Below, in pieces: positions 59,522 through 64,000 of a stretch of 64,000 nt of DNA (the first letter of the stretch is position 1; every line of letters begins with the position of its first letter). The notes beneath the pieces are model-generated. The model was given only the letters and a program-made list of their open reading frames with translations. It did no database searches and had not been told where the DNA came from. The stretch lies in assembly GCA_965228735.1 (NCBI GenBank), contig OZ245838.1, positions 3,776,001-3,840,000 of the forward strand. The letters run 5' to 3'. The DNA is from Planctomycetota bacterium (GTDB lineage: Bacteria > Planctomycetota > UBA1135 > UBA2386). A program made the position numbers and the translations under genes.

Positions 59522-60388
59522 ATGACACGAATCGCCATAGCAGCCGCCAGCGGCCGGCTCGGCGCCGAGATCGCCAAGGCCACGATCGGAGTCGTTGGCA
59601 ACGACGCCGTCGTGGGCCTGGCCCGCACCCCGGCCAAAGCACGATCGCTCGGCATCGAGATCCGGCCAGGCGACTATGATTCCCGGACCGATCTCAGGAG
59701 TTCTCTCGAGGGGATCGACACGCTGCTCCTGGTCTCGGGAATGGACGCACCCGAGAAGCGAGTCGATCAGCATCGCAACGTGATCGCAGCCGCCAAGGCA
59801 GCCGGAGTGCAGAAGATCGTCTACACGAGCGTGCAGGGCGCCGAGCACGGCACCGGATTCTCGGCGGTCGTGCAGAGCAACCGCCAAACGGAGGACGACG
59901 TCCGCAACAGCGGCCTGCAGTGGGTCATCGGTCGCAACGGCATCTACGTCGAACCCGACGTCGACTACGTGCGGGTCTACGAACAGCGCGGCGAGATCGC
60001 GAACTGCGCCGGCGATGCCCGGTGCGGCTACACGACGCGACCGGAGCTGGCCCACGCGTATTCGCGTATGCTGACGGAACGCGCCCACGACGGCCGGACG
60101 TACAACCTGCATGGCGACCCGATCACCCAGCGCCAACTCGCAGTCCACCTGAACGCGGCGTTCGGCACCGAACTCGAATTTCGCGACATGACCGTCGCGG
60201 AATACCGCGAAGAACGGACCGCGGAGCTCGGCGAGTTCCTGGGCGGAGTCATCGCCGGCATCTACGAAGGGATCCGACTCGGCGCTGCAGACAACGAGAG
60301 CCACTACGCCCGCGCAGCTGGTCGCGACCACCAGAGCTGGCCGGACTACTTCGCTGATCTCCAGGCCGACCGGCTTCGACTGCCGTGA
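59522..60388 (+). CDS. NmrA-like atypical SDR oxidoreductase
   Basis: [26 protein letters not shown] and RNG.Y motifs. Confidence 0.9.
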   Translation: MTRIAIAAASGRLGAEIAKATIGVVGNDAVVGLARTPAKARSLGIEIRPGDYDSRTDLRSSLEGIDTLLLVSGMDAPEKRVDQHRNVIAAAKAAGVQKIVYTSVQGAEHGTGFSAVVQSNRQTEDDVRNSGLQWVIGRNGIYVEPDVDYVRVYEQRGEIANCAGDARCGYTTRPELAHAYSRMLTERAHDGRTYNLHGDPITQRQLAVHLNAAFGTELEFRDMTVAEYREERTAELGEFLGGVIAGIYEGIRLGAADNESHYARAAGRDHQSWPDYFADLQADRLRLP

Positions 60389-61311
60389 ACCATCGCCCAC
60401 AGAACGGTCCCGCGCACCACAAGCCCGGCATGAGAACCTACCCCTACCTGATGACGCTCGCCGTCGTCGCCGTCGCCTGCACGAACCTCGTGCCCGCGCC
60501 TGGCGGCGCGTCACGCGACCCGGCCGACGGCCACCCCGACGAGATTGTCCTGGTCTCCGATGTGCGATGGGAACAACTCAACCCCGCCCGCGGAGACCAG
60601 AGCCCACAGGCCGGCACCTTGTGGGGCGACCGGAAAGGCACCGTCCCGACGGGCTACCTCATCAAGTTCGAAGACGGTTTCTCGTCGCCACCGCACATCC
60701 ACAACGTGTCGTACCGCGGAGTGGTGATCCGCGGGCTCGTTCACAACGACGACCCGGACGCGGCCCGCATGTGGATGCCGCCGGGTTCGTTCTGGACGCA
60801 ACCCAAGGGCGAAGCGCACATCACGGCCGCACAGGGCAGCGACAACATGGCCTACATCGAGATCGACGAAGGCCCGTACCTGGTGTTGCCGACCGCGCGG
60901 GCTTTCGACAGCGGCGAACGGCCCGTCAACGTCGACGCGTCGAACGTGGTCTGGTTGGCGGCAACGCCCGTCGCCGACGCCAGCTCGCGATCGCCCGAGT
61001 CCACGGACCACGCCGCGGTTGCGTTCCTCTGGGGGAGCCCGACCAACGGCCAACTGCACGGTGCCCTCGTCAGACTACCTGGCGGGTTCGATGGCCGGAT
61101 CGAGACCTACGGGGCAAGCTTCAAAGCCATCGTCATCAAGGGACAGCCGAGGACAGGCGCGAACGATGACGACTGCAAAACTCTGGAACCGGGAAGCTAC
61201 TTCGCTTCGCACGGCGCCCGGAGCCATCACCTCGCCACGGACCCAGGTTGCGAGAGCGTGCTCTACGTGCGGACGGACGGCGGGTTCGAGATCGTTGCAA
61301 AGGAGCAGTAG
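60385..61311 (+). CDS. DUF4437 cupin-like lipoprotein
   Basis: LNPARGD.SP.A..LWGDR, SPPHIHN..YRGVVI.G and lipobox AVAC. The start may be 60430. Confidence 0.88.
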   Translation: MNHRPQNGPAHHKPGMRTYPYLMTLAVVAVACTNLVPAPGGASRDPADGHPDEIVLVSDVRWEQLNPARGDQSPQAGTLWGDRKGTVPTGYLIKFEDGFSSPPHIHNVSYRGVVIRGLVHNDDPDAARMWMPPGSFWTQPKGEAHITAAQGSDNMAYIEIDEGPYLVLPTARAFDSGERPVNVDASNVVWLAATPVADASSRSPESTDHAAVAFLWGSPTNGQLHGALVRLPGGFDGRIETYGASFKAIVIKGQPRTGANDDDCKTLEPGSYFASHGARSHHLATDPGCESVLYVRTDGGFEIVAKEQ

Positions 61312-61398
61312 TGCCGTAGTGCTGCAGCGCGACCCGTCCCCAAAGGCGCGAACCGCAGGTCGCCCCGACGATGGCAACGCAGCAGTCCGTCCCCGGAG

Positions 61399-62298
61399 CT
61401 AGCTGCCGGCACCAGTCGCCGATGCCGCGGCGGCTGCCCATTGCCGCGGCGGCATGCCGTACTGCCGACTGAACTCCCGGCTGAACTGGGACGCACTCCC
61501 GTACCCAACCTGATGAGCGGCTACCGCGACGGTCGTTCCGGCCGCGATCAAGGCGGCGGCGTTGTTCAAGCGAACCGCCTTCAAGAACTGGAGCGGTGAG
61601 AGCGTCGTCATGGCCTTGAACCGACGATGGAATACCGCCTTGCTCATTCTGGCGACGCGCGCGAGATCATCGACGCTGATGGGATCGCAGATGTGGTCGT
61701 GCAGGTACGCGAGTGCGTGCCCCAGATCGCGGGACGAGCCGAAGGTCCGACGAACGACCCTACCCGCGGTCGTACGCAACAGCGCGAAGTAGAGCTCCCG
61801 AAGCCGGGACGTGGCCAGTACCGCACGGGCGCCTGGGTCATCCAGGAGCTGAAGCAATCGCGCCACGGCGTCGATGAACGGCTCGTCCCAGGCCGCAACG
61901 ACGAGCCCGGGTGACACGTCCGCCTCTTCCAGGTCGGGGTCGAAGCGGGCGGCCGACTCGGCTGCAAGCACGGTCTCCCTCATCGTCGATGTCTCGAGAC
62001 TGAGGAGCAGTCCCAGCACCGGATCGCTCGGGCTCGCCTGCGGAACCTCTGCCTCCACCGGCAGCGGCATCGTGCAGCACAGGAACGAACGGTCATCGCC
62101 GTAGGTCTTGGCCTCGCCACCGAGGTAGACGCGCTTGCGCCCCGCGACCAAGACGCACAGGCTCGCCGGGTAGACCACGGGCACGCTCGGCACCGGCTCG
62201 GTCACCCGGATCAGCTGGAGCCCGTCGATCGGGACATCGACGGTCCCGTGGGCCGGTGCGTGGCGCAGGATCAGGTCCCGAATCAGCTGGCGCGACAT
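61399..62298 (-). CDS. AraC family regulator (AraC_N type)
   Basis: G.K, LA....MS...FHR.FK..T..SPLQ and VGY.S.SQFSREF motifs. Confidence 0.93.
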   Translation of the reverse strand: MSRQLIRDLILRHAPAHGTVDVPIDGLQLIRVTEPVPSVPVVYPASLCVLVAGRKRVYLGGEAKTYGDDRSFLCCTMPLPVEAEVPQASPSDPVLGLLLSLETSTMRETVLAAESAARFDPDLEEADVSPGLVVAAWDEPFIDAVARLLQLLDDPGARAVLATSRLRELYFALLRTTAGRVVRRTFGSSRDLGHALAYLHDHICDPISVDDLARVARMSKAVFHRRFKAMTTLSPLQFLKAVRLNNAAALIAAGTTVAVAAHQVGYGSASQFSREFSRQYGMPPRQWAAAAASATGAGS

Positions 62299-62453
62299 CC
62301 ATCCAGGGTAGGGAGCCAGAAGGCCGTCTTCACACGTCTCGACAGTAATAGGCAAGTATTCGACGCGAATCGGATCTATTCCGGCCACCTTCGAGCCCAT
62401 ATTGTGCATTTCGTTCGATGATGACGCAACCCGCAGGACAACGAGCGAGAACG

Positions 62454-63404
62454 ATGAGCACCGAGAAGTTCGGACCCCGAGGCTGGACCCCGGAGCGACT
62501 CGGCTCCCTCGCTGGCAAGACCTACGTCATCACCGGCGCCAACTCCGGCACGGGATTCCAGGCAGCGCGAACGCTCCTGACCAAGGGCGCCAACGTGATG
62601 ATGCTGAACCGTTCGATCGCGAAGTCGCAGGCCGCGGTCGCGGAGTTGCGCGCGGAGTTCGGTCCGAGCGCCGAGGTGGGCTTCGTTCGCATGGACCTCG
62701 CCTCGCTCGCCAGCGTGCGGGACGCGGCAGCAGAAGTCCTGCGGGCGGTTCCGCGGATCGACGCCCTCATCTGCAACGCCGCCATCGCGCAGGTGCCGAC
62801 CCAGCGGCTGACCGTGGACGGGTTCGAGAGCATGCTTGGCACGAACCACTACGGTCACTTCCTGCTGTGCGGCCTGCTCTACCCACGGGTCGAGGAAACC
62901 AAGGGCCGAATCGTGGTCGTCAGCAGTCTGGGCTACGACATGGGGATCAGGACCATCCAGTTCGACGACATGAACTGGGACCGGAACTACCACCAGAACC
63001 GCACGTACTCGCAGAGCAAGCTCGCGCAGATGATGTTCGCCTACGAGTTGCAGGATCGGCTGGCCGCGGCGAACAAGACGGACGTCAAGGTCTACGTCTG
63101 CCATCCCGGATCGTCGAGGACATCGCTCATCAAGACCAGCGGCAACCTGATGACGCGGGTGATGTTCGGGCTCATGTCGCTGTCGCCGATGGTGCAGTCG
63201 GCCGAGAAGGGCTCCTGGCCCGCAGTGATGTGCGCTACCGAGAATGGTCTAGAGCAGCGGGCGCTCTATGGCCCCACCGGTCGTGCGCAGTGGGTCGGCC
63301 CAGTCGGCAAGGGCACGCTGAAACCTCACGCCTACGAGAAGCCGGTCATGGAACGGCTCTGGGCGCTTTCCGAACAGGAAACCGGGTTCGAGTGGACGCT
63401 CTGA
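62454..63404 (+). CDS. SDR oxidoreductase (retinol-dehydrogenase-like)
   Basis: ITGANSGTG, MDLASL, CNAA, NHYGHF, YSQSK and HPG motifs. Confidence 0.93.
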   Translation: MSTEKFGPRGWTPERLGSLAGKTYVITGANSGTGFQAARTLLTKGANVMMLNRSIAKSQAAVAELRAEFGPSAEVGFVRMDLASLASVRDAAAEVLRAVPRIDALICNAAIAQVPTQRLTVDGFESMLGTNHYGHFLLCGLLYPRVEETKGRIVVVSSLGYDMGIRTIQFDDMNWDRNYHQNRTYSQSKLAQMMFAYELQDRLAAANKTDVKVYVCHPGSSRTSLIKTSGNLMTRVMFGLMSLSPMVQSAEKGSWPAVMCATENGLEQRALYGPTGRAQWVGPVGKGTLKPHAYEKPVMERLWALSEQETGFEWTL

Positions 63405-63505
63405 CGGGGAGAAGCGCCGCCCCGTCGGTTCGTCCTGGGCCGCTGTCGCGCTGCGCCGACGACCCCGAAGCTCGAAGCTCGGGACTGAGACTCATGACTC
63501 CGAGC

Positions 63506-64000
63506 CTACCGATCGTTCATGCCCTTGCCCGCGAGGATCTTGGGGATGCACTTTTCGATTCGTGCCGTGCGCGTCTGCGATTGCTTCGCGCTGGTGAAGT
63601 GGAGGACGTACCCCCGCTGTCGCCCCGGGGTCAGGGCATCAAAGGCTTTCGCTAGCTTGCGATCCTTCTGCAGGATCTGCGTCAGCTCCTCCGGCAGCTT
63701 CAGCTCGTGCTTCGCCTTGAAGTCGACCTTCAGTCTGGCCTTCTCTGCCGCGATGGCCTGCTTGACGTAGGACTTCACGACAGTCTTGTTGACTTCGGCT
63801 TCGCAGGTGAACTCCAAGCGAAGCGCAGACTGCGTGTTCTCACCCTGGCTGCGGAGCAGGCCGTGGCGGTCCTCGAGTAGGGCGCCCTTGAAGAACATCA
63901 GCGAGCAGAACTTCTTGAAGGGCTGGATGATCGCGAGGTTGTTCCCTTCGAACATGAAGCAGGGCTTGCCCCACTTCAGGCACTCCTCCAGCCCGCAGTC
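63506..64000 (-). CDS. YdeI/OmpD-associated family protein (5' end outside the window)
   Basis: LKWGKPC, FFKGALL, AF.ALTPGRQRGY and AKQS.TR..RI motifs. Confidence 0.92.
   Translation of the reverse strand, partial: DCGLEECLKWGKPCFMFEGNNLAIIQPFKKFCSLMFFKGALLEDRHGLLRSQGENTQSALRLEFTCEAEVNKTVVKSYVKQAIAAEKARLKVDFKAKHELKLPEELTQILQKDRKLAKAFDALTPGRQRGYVLHFTSAKQSQTRTARIEKCIPKILAGKGMNDR

Noticed and set aside
58031..60388. 785-aa fusion ORF
   Set aside because: Only the part from ATG 59522 is protein-like. The upstream part is an off-frame reading of other genes.

Overview
This is GC-rich bacterial DNA, probably from a Planctomycetota genome. That assignment is an inference from the ECF sigma factors, the sulfatase, the BlaI/M56 pair and the style of the secreted proteins. 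The window has three zones. (1) About 0.6-21.5 kb is a lower-GC accessory conflict region. It holds an ECF-like sigma gene coupled to a 2076-aa signal-peptide-bearing Rhs protein with a colicin-D-like (BECR-type RNase) tip. The next gene is a stand-alone SPOUT (TrmH/TrmL-like) RNA 2'-O-methyltransferase, in the slot normally taken by an immunity gene. The zone also contains an orphan zinc-deaminase toxin tip with a DUF416-like immunity gene, one IS3, two IS256 elements, a decapitated mobile-element ATPase, orphan SMI1/KNR4 and barstar-like genes, and a Fic gene. (2) About 21.5-52.4 kb is mostly core-like: aat, a coiled-coil/RelE-like protein, a pilM-like gene, ECF modules, ribBA, a protease, an 80-bp perfect palindrome, HIT, sppA, thioredoxin, an M24 peptidase, an ATP-dependent ligase, BlaI/M56 with a triple operator, a phosphatase, a pirin, a sulfatase and DUF418. 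(3) From tRNA-Arg(CCT) onward is a decaying accessory tract with gene remnants, an MNT-HEPN toxin-antitoxin pair, a frameshifted secreted protein and an oxidoreductase cluster carrying deletion scars. The best candidate for an undescribed system is the Rhs tRNase tip plus SPOUT methyltransferase pair, which may give immunity by modifying the toxin's target. All family assignments come from motif recognition by eye. No searches were run.
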